From Geotalea daltonii FRC-32 (GTDB lineage Bacteria > Desulfobacterota > Desulfuromonadia > Geobacterales > Geobacteraceae), in contig NC_011979.1 in NCBI RefSeq assembly GCF_000022265.1, positions 2,130,001 through 2,162,000 on the forward strand: DNA of 32,000 nt, written 5' to 3'. Positions 8,364-16,438 of this stretch are shown piece after piece (within the stretch, counting starts at the first letter, position 1; every line of letters begins with the position of its first letter). Under the pieces are notes generated by a model, which saw only the letters and a program-made list of their open reading frames with translations, searched no databases and was not told the origin of the DNA. The position numbers and the translations under genes were made by a program.

Positions 8364-9569
8364 ATGGAAAGAAAAAGAATAGCAATAACCGGATTGGGCG
8401 TTTTCGCTGCCGCCGGCAAAGATATAACTTCCTTCACCGATGCCCTTCTTAACGGCCGATGTGCCATGGGTCCCATCGACCTTTTCGATGTAAGCCGCTT
8501 TTCCTCAAGGATCGGTGCCCAGGTTCCAGGCTTCAATCCCCTCGACTATTTCAGCGCGCGAAATGCGGCAAAGCTTTCCCGTGCCGACCAGTTCGGCGTC
8601 ATTGCCGCCGGTGAAGCTTTGGCTGACAGCGGCGCTTTGCAACATTACTCACCATACGATGTGGGCATATCCATGGGCGCAGGCTCTGCCGGCATGCTTC
8701 ATGCCGAGCAATGGCTGAACGAGACCATCGCCGGCAGCAATCCGGACCCATCTCTTCTGCGAGGCATACTCCCCGACCGCACCTCCACGGCCATTGCCGA
8801 AACATATGGAATCGGCGGCTATCAGGGAAGCATCACCACTGCATGTTCTTCATCTGCGAACGCCATTGGCTGGGGTGCCGACCTCATCGCCTCCGGCAGA
8901 TTGAAGGCAGCCGTGTGTGGCGGTTCGGATTGTCTCTGCATATTGACCTTTGCCGGCTTCAATTCCTTGAGAGTTATCGATCCGGAACCCTGCGCCCCTT
9001 TCAGCCTGGGGCGGCGCGGCATATCCCTGGGAGAGGGGGCTGCTTTCCTTGTTTTAGAAGAGGAAAACGCTGCAAAAGAGCGCGGCGCAAAGATCCATGG
9101 TTATGTGCTTGGTTATGCAGTGGCGGGAGAGGCCCATCACATGACCGCTCCCGCACCGGACGGTGTCGATGCCTCCGAACTCATGGCTGCCGCTTTGAAA
9201 CAAGCCGGTGTTTCAACCGCGGATATCGGCTGGGTAAATGCCCATGGCACCGCTACGCCTCTCAATGACGTGGTGGAGACCAAGGCCATGAAACTGGTAT
9301 TCGGCGAGCGGGCCAAGGATGTGCCGCTGGTTTCCACCAAGGCCCTCACCGGCCACTGTCTCGGCGCTGCCGGGGCCATTGAAGCTCTGGCCACCGTGAT
9401 CGGCCTGAGAGACGGCTTTATCCCCCAGACGCTCAATTTCAGGGGGGCAGACCCTGAGTGTGACCTTGACTATTGCCACCAGGGGTTAAAGGCGAGCAAT
9501 GCCACGCTGGCGCTCTCCAACTCCTTTGCCTTCGGTGGAAACATAACAAGTCTGGTGCTCGGTAAATGA
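8364..9569 (+). CDS. Beta-ketoacyl-ACP synthase (KAS I/II-like, catalytically complete)
   Basis: 401 aa. The active-site Cys is in TTACSSSANAIG, and the two His are in EAHHMTAP and NAHGTATPLND. Confidence 0.9.
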   Translation: MERKRIAITGLGVFAAAGKDITSFTDALLNGRCAMGPIDLFDVSRFSSRIGAQVPGFNPLDYFSARNAAKLSRADQFGVIAAGEALADSGALQHYSPYDVGISMGAGSAGMLHAEQWLNETIAGSNPDPSLLRGILPDRTSTAIAETYGIGGYQGSITTACSSSANAIGWGADLIASGRLKAAVCGGSDCLCILTFAGFNSLRVIDPEPCAPFSLGRRGISLGEGAAFLVLEEENAAKERGAKIHGYVLGYAVAGEAHHMTAPAPDGVDASELMAAALKQAGVSTADIGWVNAHGTATPLNDVVETKAMKLVFGERAKDVPLVSTKALTGHCLGAAGAIEALATVIGLRDGFIPQTLNFRGADPECDLDYCHQGLKASNATLALSNSFAFGGNITSLVLGK

Positions 9570-10609
9570 AGAATATTGCCAAAGACATAGTAATTACCGG
9601 CATGGCGGCCATTTCTGCCGCTGGTGTCGGACTTGATCCCCTGGTTACTGCATTGGGAGAAGGCAAAAGTCTGCTCAAGCCGATCCCGGCAGATATCGCC
9701 GGTTCGGAGGGCTACCTGTGGGGTAAAGCTGACGCCTTCAAGGGGGGCGATTTCATGCCGCCCCTCAAGGCGCGGAAATTTGACCGTTGCAGTCTTTTTG
9801 CCGTTGTTGGCGCCGGAATGGCGCTCAAGGATGCCGGCATCGACCGTGGCACCATAGATGCCGGCAGAATAGGCATTGTCCTCGGCTGCGGATTCGGCGG
9901 CATTGCCAATTCGGAGGAATTCCTGCGCGGCTACTTCTGCTCCGGTGCAGAAGGTCTTTCACCGATGCTTTTTCCCAACACCGTTCCCAATGCCCCGGCC
10001 AGCAATGCCTCCATCGAAAACGGCCTCAAAGGCCCCAATGTAACCTTCGTTCAGCGTTTCTGCTCGGCCGAATCGGCTTTCATGATGGCCTGCCGCTTTT
10101 TGCAGGAAGGGCGTGCCGAGATCATTCTCACCGGCGGCGTCGATGAGCTGACCACTGCCATGGTCAGGGGATTCAAGGCAGCTGGACAGTTGAGACGCCA
10201 TGGGGCCGGTTTCGGCGAAGGGGCCGGTATTCTGGTGCTGGAAAGGGGCGACCACGCCCGGGGGCGTAATGCCGTGATCAAGGGGCATGTGGGAGAAGTG
10301 CGGACCATTGGCCGTTTGATCCCGGGCCTTGAGGCCGAAGGGGCGGACCGGCTGCTTTCCGGAGTAAAAGATATCAAGCTGGCAGGGCTTTCCGGAACAG
10401 CAGTTGCCGAGAAGACTCTGATGGAGCGGTTGCCCGCTGTGGAACGCCTTGAAACCGGTAACATCATCGGGCGGGCACTTGGTATGGGGGGGCTTGCCAT
10501 GGCCGCCCTTGTCCTCTCCCTTCCACAGGAGGCTGCCGGCCTGCATGTGGCGGCCTCGCCGGAAGGACCTTACTACGCCATTGAATTAAGTGGAGGATCG
10601 CCTGTTTAA
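9566..10609 (+). CDS. Ketosynthase-like partner subunit (chain-length-factor-like, lacks the His-His motifs)
   Basis: 347 aa with a thiolase-fold N-half (ITGMAAISAAG, GCGFGG). It retains a Cys in RFCSAESA, but no HxxxP or xHGTG motifs are recognisable. There is a 4-bp ATGA overlap with the ketosynthase. Confidence 0.8.
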   Translation: MKNIAKDIVITGMAAISAAGVGLDPLVTALGEGKSLLKPIPADIAGSEGYLWGKADAFKGGDFMPPLKARKFDRCSLFAVVGAGMALKDAGIDRGTIDAGRIGIVLGCGFGGIANSEEFLRGYFCSGAEGLSPMLFPNTVPNAPASNASIENGLKGPNVTFVQRFCSAESAFMMACRFLQEGRAEIILTGGVDELTTAMVRGFKAAGQLRRHGAGFGEGAGILVLERGDHARGRNAVIKGHVGEVRTIGRLIPGLEAEGADRLLSGVKDIKLAGLSGTAVAEKTLMERLPAVERLETGNIIGRALGMGGLAMAALVLSLPQEAAGLHVAASPEGPYYAIELSGGSPV

Positions 10610-10988
10610 TTCAGACCCCTCCCAGTATCTTCCCCACTGCCCCCCGTTTCTCTTCGTGGATAAAGTTATCAGCCGTGAGCCCGGTGTCAGTGCAACCGCA
10701 GAGATTGTCGTTACAGCTGGCAGTGGTCCTTTCCCTCCGATTCTGCTGATCGAGTCCATGGCTCAGGTGGGTGGTATTGCCGCCGGGCAGGTGGCCGGAG
10801 CCGGGGGAGTCCTTGCCGCCGTCAGCCAAGGGCTAATCCCTGCCGCAGTGGGCCCAGGGAAATATCTGGTTTCTGCGCGTATCGTCAAATCTTTTGGCAC
10901 ACTGCACATGGTGGAAGGGGAAGTGCTGGGGGAGGGAATATCCATTGCCAGCGCAATCCTGACCCTTGCAGTGGGCAGTCCGGGATGA
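10590..10988 (+). CDS. FabZ/FabA-like hotdog beta-hydroxyacyl-ACP dehydratase
   Basis: 132 aa. LPHCPPFLFVDKV resembles FabZ LPHRYPFLLVD (catalytic His), and LIESMAQVGG resembles FabZ IEAMAQ (catalytic Glu). The GTG start overlaps the upstream gene by 20 bp. Confidence 0.8.
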   Translation: MEDRLFNSDPSQYLPHCPPFLFVDKVISREPGVSATAEIVVTAGSGPFPPILLIESMAQVGGIAAGQVAGAGGVLAAVSQGLIPAAVGPGKYLVSARIVKSFGTLHMVEGEVLGEGISIASAILTLAVGSPG

Positions 10989-11022
10989 CACCATTCTCCA
11001 TAACCTGTTCCGAGAGAAAACA

Positions 11023-11631
11023 ATGAAAAAGATCCTGCTTGTATTGCTGTTTATTTCTTTCTGTCTGGGGCAATCTGCCCATGCTGCCCCCAATAAGGCC
11101 TTGGAAGCACTGGAGACGCTGCGGCGTGGTTTTTCCGGCATGAACGATTTTACTGCCGATATTGTCCAGGAAAAGCAGATGGCCATGATGAAGCGGAAGA
11201 TGGTCTCAAAAGGGATTGTTCGCTTCAGGAAGCCGGGCACCTTCTTCATGGAGCTTTTGCCTCCCTATGCCAGCCGCCTTCTCCTGCGGGACAATGTTTT
11301 GACCATGCGCCTGCCCGAGCAGGGGGTAACCGACCGGATCGTGCTGCCGCCGGATGAGAGCCTTGATAAATGGTTCGCCTACCTGGCAAAACCTATGACC
11401 AAGCTTCCGGAAGGGATGGAGGTGCGGGCCGACCGCCAAGGGAGCACCTGGAATGTCCAGTTGTCTCCCAAGGGCAAGGGTGGAGTCAAGGACCTGGCCA
11501 TCAGCTTCGATGCCGACGGCAAGATCAAGCGCCTGGCAATCGATGAGCGAAACGGAGACCGAACAGTCATCAAGTTTGCCAACATGCGGCGCAATGCCGG
11601 CCTGACAGAAAAGGACTTTCTCCTGGATTAG
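11023..11631 (+). CDS. LolA-like outer-membrane lipoprotein/lipid carrier, secreted
   Basis: I place the start at ATG 11023 (MKKILLVLLFISFCLGQSAHA signal peptide) rather than at the longest-ORF start 10966. The length, the DFTADIVQEK... pattern and the position next to an MMPL exporter are typical of LolA-domain proteins in pigment/lipid clusters. Confidence 0.75.
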   Translation: MKKILLVLLFISFCLGQSAHAAPNKALEALETLRRGFSGMNDFTADIVQEKQMAMMKRKMVSKGIVRFRKPGTFFMELLPPYASRLLLRDNVLTMRLPEQGVTDRIVLPPDESLDKWFAYLAKPMTKLPEGMEVRADRQGSTWNVQLSPKGKGGVKDLAISFDADGKIKRLAIDERNGDRTVIKFANMRRNAGLTEKDFLLD

Positions 11632-11648
11632 ATCCAGTCATTATCCCC

Positions 11649-14177
11649 ATGCCCAATGCCATCCGCACCATAACCCGTTCGTTTCAGCAGCTCGTCCATC
11701 GTCATCTTGCATGGATCCATCGCATGACCACCACCTATCCGCGGCGAGTGGTGATCATGGCTTTACTGCTCCTGCTATCCTCCATTGCTTCCATTGCCAC
11801 CACCAGATTTGAAGCCGATATCTTCAAGCTCTTCCCGTCCCAGGCAGGTCCGCTCAAGCTGTTCCTCGATTCACTGGAGTGGACCGGCGGCGCCAAGGAT
11901 GTCTATTTTCTGTTGGAGGGGGAACCATCCCTTCTGCCGGTCGAAGCTGAGAGACTGGCGGCCAGGCTGAAGACGCTGCAGGTGGATGGGACAACTGCCT
12001 TTCGCAATGTCAAATATCGTGTCTACGATACCTCCGAGGCAGCATCCTTCGCCCGGTTCATCGCCTATGCCGTAACCCATCCCCAACTGTATCTGGATCC
12101 TGCCGAAGCAGGCAATTATGGGGTGAAATTTGACCAGCCCGCAATAAACAAGGCTCTGGACAGGGCCGGAACAGAGCTTGCCAGCCAGGTGGGGATGGGA
12201 ATGCGGGACATAATTGCCGCAGATCCGCTCTACCTGCGCGAGTTGATTCTGCCGCGCCTGAAAAAGGCCAGCCAGGCCTTGGCCCTTGATACCACTTCGC
12301 CGTATTTTCTTTCCCGCGACGGGCAGGTGCTGATCATGATCGCCGAGCCGGCCCAGCCGGTGCAGAATATCGCCTTTGCCAGAAAACTGGTGGCAGGCAT
12401 TGAAGAGGTCCGCAGCGGTATGAAGGTGAATGTTTCCTGTGCCGGTGCCCACCTCTCAGCGGTAATGGACGAGCGGGTAATGAAAGAAAATATCATCGCC
12501 TGCATTGTTTCGTCCCTGATTGTGGTGCTGGGGCTGTTCTACCTGACCTACCGCCGGGTGCTTCCCACTCTGCTCATTCCGCTGATTCTTTTTTACGGCG
12601 TCGCCCTTGCCCTGGGGACTGCCGGCCTTTTTCTCTCCTCCATCAGCATCATCTCCTTTGCCTTTACCGCCTTGATCATCGGCCTCGGTACCGATTACTC
12701 AATCCACCTTTATGACCGCTATTACAGCGAGCGGAGCCTTGGCCGCGATACCGGTGAAGCAATGGGACTTGCCATCGTCGAAACCGGCCATGGCATATTC
12801 ACCGCTGCTGCTACCACCGCGCTGCCTTTTCTGGCGCTCACCATTTCCGATGTGCGCGCCCTTTCCGAGCTTGGCCTGCTTGTGGGCCTGGGAGTGATCT
12901 TCTCTCTCTATGCGACCTTTTTCTTTCTGCCGCCGTTTATCATTGCTGCTGAACGGCGCTTTCCTGCCGTGTCATACCGTCCGCTGCCCAGATTTGGGCT
13001 GGGGTGGATCTGGAAAAAGTGCCTGACCCGTTCCGGTTGGATTGTCGGCCTCTCTGCCCTGTTTTTTTGCGTTCTTCTGGTTGCTGCATGTTTCATCAGC
13101 TTTGAAGGTGATTTGAAAAATCTCCAGCCACGCCATTCGGAGGCCTTCCTTGCCCAGGAAAAAATGGAAAAACATCTGAGCTTGAGCCCCAAGCAGATGC
13201 TGGTGGCGCTGGACGGGCATCTGCCGGCGGAATTGATGGAGCGGGGGGGACGGGTTGAGACGCTGTTGTCAGAGTATCAGCGGCGCGGCAATATTGTTTC
13301 CTGGTCTTCCCTCGGGCAGGTATTGAATAATCGGGGGGTACAGGCTGAGGTGCTGAATTCCCTGCAACAATCTTTAGCAGGCAAGCGGCCTTCAGAGGCG
13401 GTACGGGGGGCATTGCAGGAAAAGGGCTTTGCTCCTGAGGCATTCGGGCCGTTTCTGGACAGTCTTGCCGGTCTCGGCCACGCAGCGCCTGTGGATGAGA
13501 GTGAAGCCCTCGACCATCTCGGACGTTCACCCCTGCGGGGTGTGGTGGAACGCCATCTGATCAAAGACAAAGGCAATTACCATCTGCTTCTCTACATTAA
13601 TTACCGGGGAGCGGAGTTCCACCAACAAACGTTCCTTAAACAGCTGGCGGCCATTGACCCCTCTGCCCGCGCTACCAGCGTCGATCTGGTCAGCGAGCAG
13701 CTTGGCGGCGCCGTGAAGAAGAGCTTTTTCTGGGGATTCCTGCTGGGTGGCGCGCTGGTGTTGTTTCTGCTTCTATCCCATTTCTCATCACTGGGGGAGA
13801 TCTGGCACTCACTCTTTCCGGTGGTGGGAGGGGTAATAGCAATGCTGGGGCTGATGGTTCTGACCGGTATGCGCCTCAATTTCATGAACGCCATGGTCCT
13901 GGTTACCATTGTCGGTATGGGGAGCGACTATGGCATGCATGTCCTGCACCGGGTGACGGCGCTGGATATGCATGAAGCCGGCGAGCAGTTCGTCCAGTCC
14001 GGGCGAGCGGTGCTTCTGTCGGCGCTTACCACCATTGCCGGTTTCGGCTCTCTGGCCTTTACCGATTACGGGGCCATGTCCTCCATCGGCTGGGCAACCA
14101 ACTACGGCATTGCCGCCACCGCCATCTTCGCCCTGGTGACGCTGCCGGCGATGATCTGCCGCCACAGACGCTCCTGA
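11649..14177 (+). CDS. MMPL/RND-superfamily exporter
   Basis: 842 aa. It has two hydrophobic bundles, each with the MMPL-type motif (GLGTDYSIHLYDRY and GMGSDYGMHVLHRV), separated by large soluble loops. Confidence 0.85.
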   Translation: MPNAIRTITRSFQQLVHRHLAWIHRMTTTYPRRVVIMALLLLLSSIASIATTRFEADIFKLFPSQAGPLKLFLDSLEWTGGAKDVYFLLEGEPSLLPVEAERLAARLKTLQVDGTTAFRNVKYRVYDTSEAASFARFIAYAVTHPQLYLDPAEAGNYGVKFDQPAINKALDRAGTELASQVGMGMRDIIAADPLYLRELILPRLKKASQALALDTTSPYFLSRDGQVLIMIAEPAQPVQNIAFARKLVAGIEEVRSGMKVNVSCAGAHLSAVMDERVMKENIIACIVSSLIVVLGLFYLTYRRVLPTLLIPLILFYGVALALGTAGLFLSSISIISFAFTALIIGLGTDYSIHLYDRYYSERSLGRDTGEAMGLAIVETGHGIFTAAATTALPFLALTISDVRALSELGLLVGLGVIFSLYATFFFLPPFIIAAERRFPAVSYRPLPRFGLGWIWKKCLTRSGWIVGLSALFFCVLLVAACFISFEGDLKNLQPRHSEAFLAQEKMEKHLSLSPKQMLVALDGHLPAELMERGGRVETLLSEYQRRGNIVSWSSLGQVLNNRGVQAEVLNSLQQSLAGKRPSEAVRGALQEKGFAPEAFGPFLDSLAGLGHAAPVDESEALDHLGRSPLRGVVERHLIKDKGNYHLLLYINYRGAEFHQQTFLKQLAAIDPSARATSVDLVSEQLGGAVKKSFFWGFLLGGALVLFLLLSHFSSLGEIWHSLFPVVGGVIAMLGLMVLTGMRLNFMNAMVLVTIVGMGSDYGMHVLHRVTALDMHEAGEQFVQSGRAVLLSALTTIAGFGSLAFTDYGAMSSIGWATNYGIAATAIFALVTLPAMICRHRRS

Positions 14178-14187
14178 ATCAGACTGA

Positions 14188-14805
14188 TCAGCGGAATAAT
14201 GTAATCCCCAGAAGAATTTTGCTGGAATTGAGCGGCTCGTTGGGGGAGGCGGTGCCGGCATTGGAAATGTGGTGGTAGCGGTATTCCAGGCTGACCGCCT
14301 TGTCCTTGGCAATGAAGTACTGGACGCCGGTTCCCCCCTGGTAGGAGAAATCCAGGCGGCTTCCCATGGTCGGCAGTCCCAGATCCACAAAAAGCACTCC
14401 GCCACCGGCAAAGACATAGGGTGCAAAATCCTCCAGGGAAGTAAATTTCCAACTCCCCAGCAGGTAGCCGCCAGTCATGGACCGCACCCTTGGGTCCACG
14501 GTCAGGTGCAGCGGCAGTTCCATCAACAGCTCATGACGTCCCCGATACCAGCCGCGACCTGTCTCATCGGAGAGGAACCAGCCGAAACGGGCGATGGTGT
14601 CGTAGGTCTGCACCTGGGTCCTGGTGTCGCCGAAACCGCGGTGGGTGATGCCGTAGCCCGAAAGCAGCGTATATTCGCCGGTGGCATTTCTGACGGTGAC
14701 CTCTTCAGCGTAAGCAGCTGCGTTGCTGCAAAGGATTATTGTCAGGGCGACAGCTAAAATCTTCCCATAAACTGTTTCACTTCTCCCCATCTGCACCCTT
14801 ACCAT
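14188..14805 (-). CDS. PagL-like lipid A 3-O-deacylase / acyloxyacyl hydrolase family outer-membrane protein
   Basis: 205 aa with a signal peptide (KILAVALTIILCSNAAAYA) and alternating beta-strand pattern. The C-terminal motif YRYHHISNAG matches the H-x-S-N catalytic motif of PagL-type deacylases. The start is ATG 14805 or ATG 14790. Confidence 0.75.
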   Translation of the reverse strand: MVRVQMGRSETVYGKILAVALTIILCSNAAAYAEEVTVRNATGEYTLLSGYGITHRGFGDTRTQVQTYDTIARFGWFLSDETGRGWYRGRHELLMELPLHLTVDPRVRSMTGGYLLGSWKFTSLEDFAPYVFAGGGVLFVDLGLPTMGSRLDFSYQGGTGVQYFIAKDKAVSLEYRYHHISNAGTASPNEPLNSSKILLGITLFR

Positions 14806-16217
14806 TTCTGCTTCATCTCGAACCTGAGGATCTCCGGCAGATTGCGCAGGAACATCTTGATACTGTGGGGCGACTTCCAGAGCATTTTCGTGTAACCCCA
14901 GTGGATCCGGCTGCGGCGGTAAAAACGCCTGATGAATTCGTTATAGAGGTTTTCCAGCTGCTCCAGGGTCATGCCATGGGGGATGAAGACGAAGTTCATG
15001 CAGTTCATGTCCGGCCAGTCCTCCCTGAATTCCCCCTGCTGGCAGATGTTTTCGTAGATGGGAGCCCCCGGAAACGGGGTGAACTTGGTAACGTTGATTT
15101 CGTCCAATGGCAGCGTCAGGGCATAGTCGATGGTGCGCCTGATGGCGGCTTCGTCTTCCCCCGGCAGACCGACCATGAACAGCCCCTTGACCCTCATACC
15201 GCCGGTTTTCACCATCTTCAGCTTTTGATGCACGGCGTCCAGTGCCATGTATTTGCGGTGCTTCTTCAGGACCTCCGGGTCTCCGGACTCGATGCCGAAA
15301 TTTACCTGCCAGCAGCCCGATTTCTTCAACAATCCCACCAGTTCTTCATCCACATGCTCAAGACGGGCGATGCAGTTGTAGGTGACCGGTAGCCGGTTGT
15401 CCACCAGCAGGCGGCACAGTTCCTCCACCCTGCTGCGGTCGAAGGTGAAGAGATCGTCGTAAAAGAAGACGTGGCGGATGCCGAAGTCCCGGTGCAGGTA
15501 TTTCAGGTGCTCGAAGATGTAGCCGGGGGAATTGAAGCGGAAGCCCCGGCTGAAGACCGAACGGTCGCAGTAGCTGCAGTGGTAGGGGCAGCCGCGGCTG
15601 GAGATGATGCTGGTATTGGGAGCAGCAGGATAACTGAAGAGGGGCAGGTTGTATCTGCCGGGAAATTGGTCCAGCCGGTGATAAGCCGGGAAGGGGAGTG
15701 AATCCAGATCAGCGATATGCTGGCGAATGCCGCTTAAGACCCCCTTGCCGTCGCGGCGATGGCCGATGCCGGGAATATGTTCCACGCCGCTGAAGTTGGC
15801 AGCCAATAGCTCGTAAAAGGTTACCTCTCCTTCGCCGATGATCAGATAGTCGATGGCGGGGAAGGTGTCGAGTAGTGAAACGCCGACCGAGCAGGCGTGG
15901 GCACCGCCAAAAATGACCTTGATCTCCGGTGCCTGTTCCTTGATACTATGGGCTATCCCATAACCTTCGAGGAAGGATGAGGTGGTACAGGAAAAGCCGA
16001 CCACATCGGGCTTGCTGCCGATTATGTGGGCAACAAGCTCCGGCGTGGGCATGGGCCTGGCATAGCAATCCATCAGCTCCACTTCCATTCCCTTCGCCTC
16101 CAGATAGGCAGCGATGCTCATCATTCCCAAAGGGGGCATCAAGTTGAAGATGGAGCTGATATCTTTCAGATTCCCCAGCCAGTTTCTGCCGTGGGGGTGG
16201 ACAAATAGTGCTTTCAA
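14799..16217 (-). CDS. B12-binding-domain radical SAM enzyme (class B), copy 4
   Basis: 472 aa. The N-terminus ...PPLGMMSIAAYLEAKGMEVELMDC is B12-binding-type, and CxxxCxxC is in SSRGCPYHCSYC. The TTG start at 16217 is preceded by AAGGAG at a 5-nt spacing. The stop overlaps or abuts the PagL-like start. Confidence 0.9.
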   Translation of the reverse strand: MKALFVHPHGRNWLGNLKDISSIFNLMPPLGMMSIAAYLEAKGMEVELMDCYARPMPTPELVAHIIGSKPDVVGFSCTTSSFLEGYGIAHSIKEQAPEIKVIFGGAHACSVGVSLLDTFPAIDYLIIGEGEVTFYELLAANFSGVEHIPGIGHRRDGKGVLSGIRQHIADLDSLPFPAYHRLDQFPGRYNLPLFSYPAAPNTSIISSRGCPYHCSYCDRSVFSRGFRFNSPGYIFEHLKYLHRDFGIRHVFFYDDLFTFDRSRVEELCRLLVDNRLPVTYNCIARLEHVDEELVGLLKKSGCWQVNFGIESGDPEVLKKHRKYMALDAVHQKLKMVKTGGMRVKGLFMVGLPGEDEAAIRRTIDYALTLPLDEINVTKFTPFPGAPIYENICQQGEFREDWPDMNCMNFVFIPHGMTLEQLENLYNEFIRRFYRRSRIHWGYTKMLWKSPHSIKMFLRNLPEILRFEMKQKW

Positions 16218-16359
16218 CGGTGCTCCTTGTGATATTGCAGTCTGTCGAACCAGAAAGCTATGCTAAATTGTTTGCGACAATAAATCAAACTGAAACCTCA
16301 TCGCTGCTCTTGCCCATTTTGTGGCGACATTAGCTGACTTGACTCCACCCATCCGGGGT

Positions 16360-16385
16360 GATATAGCTTTAATGGTAGCTATATC
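16360..16385. repeat. Perfect 9-bp inverted repeat (GATATAGCT-N8-AGCTATATC) in the divergent promoter region
   Basis: Read directly from the sequence. It is flanked by a second inverted pair, ATCCGGG (16351-16357) and CCCGGAT (16401-16407). It lies 54 nt upstream of the small repeat-protein ATG and about 145 nt upstream of the minus-strand radical SAM start. Confidence 0.6.
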
Positions 16386-16438
16386 ATTTGACTGCGAATG
16401 CCCGGATGAGCAACCCCCCTGAATAAAAATATCTGGAG

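Noticed and set aside
10966-11022. The longest-ORF start at 10966 for the LolA-like gene.
   Set aside because: It overlaps the dehydratase 3' end and places 19 non-hydrophobic residues before an obvious MKK-hydrophobic signal peptide that begins at ATG 11023.
1-16217. Calling the cluster a ladderane or canonical aryl-polyene cluster outright.
   Set aside because: Nothing in the window is specific to anammox biology. No aromatic-starter, ammonia-lyase or adenylation genes are present. The link between such clusters and ladderanes is itself only a comparative-genomics hypothesis. Only the scaffold resemblance is supportable.
16355-16418. A tRNA-like look: GGGGTGATATAGCTTTAATGGTAGCTATATC resembles an acceptor stem plus D-arm.
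   Set aside because: No T-arm or proper anticodon arm can be folded. The 3' side (CAACCCC) pairs only partially with the 5' end, and the total length is about 64 nt. It is more simply a palindrome in a promoter region.
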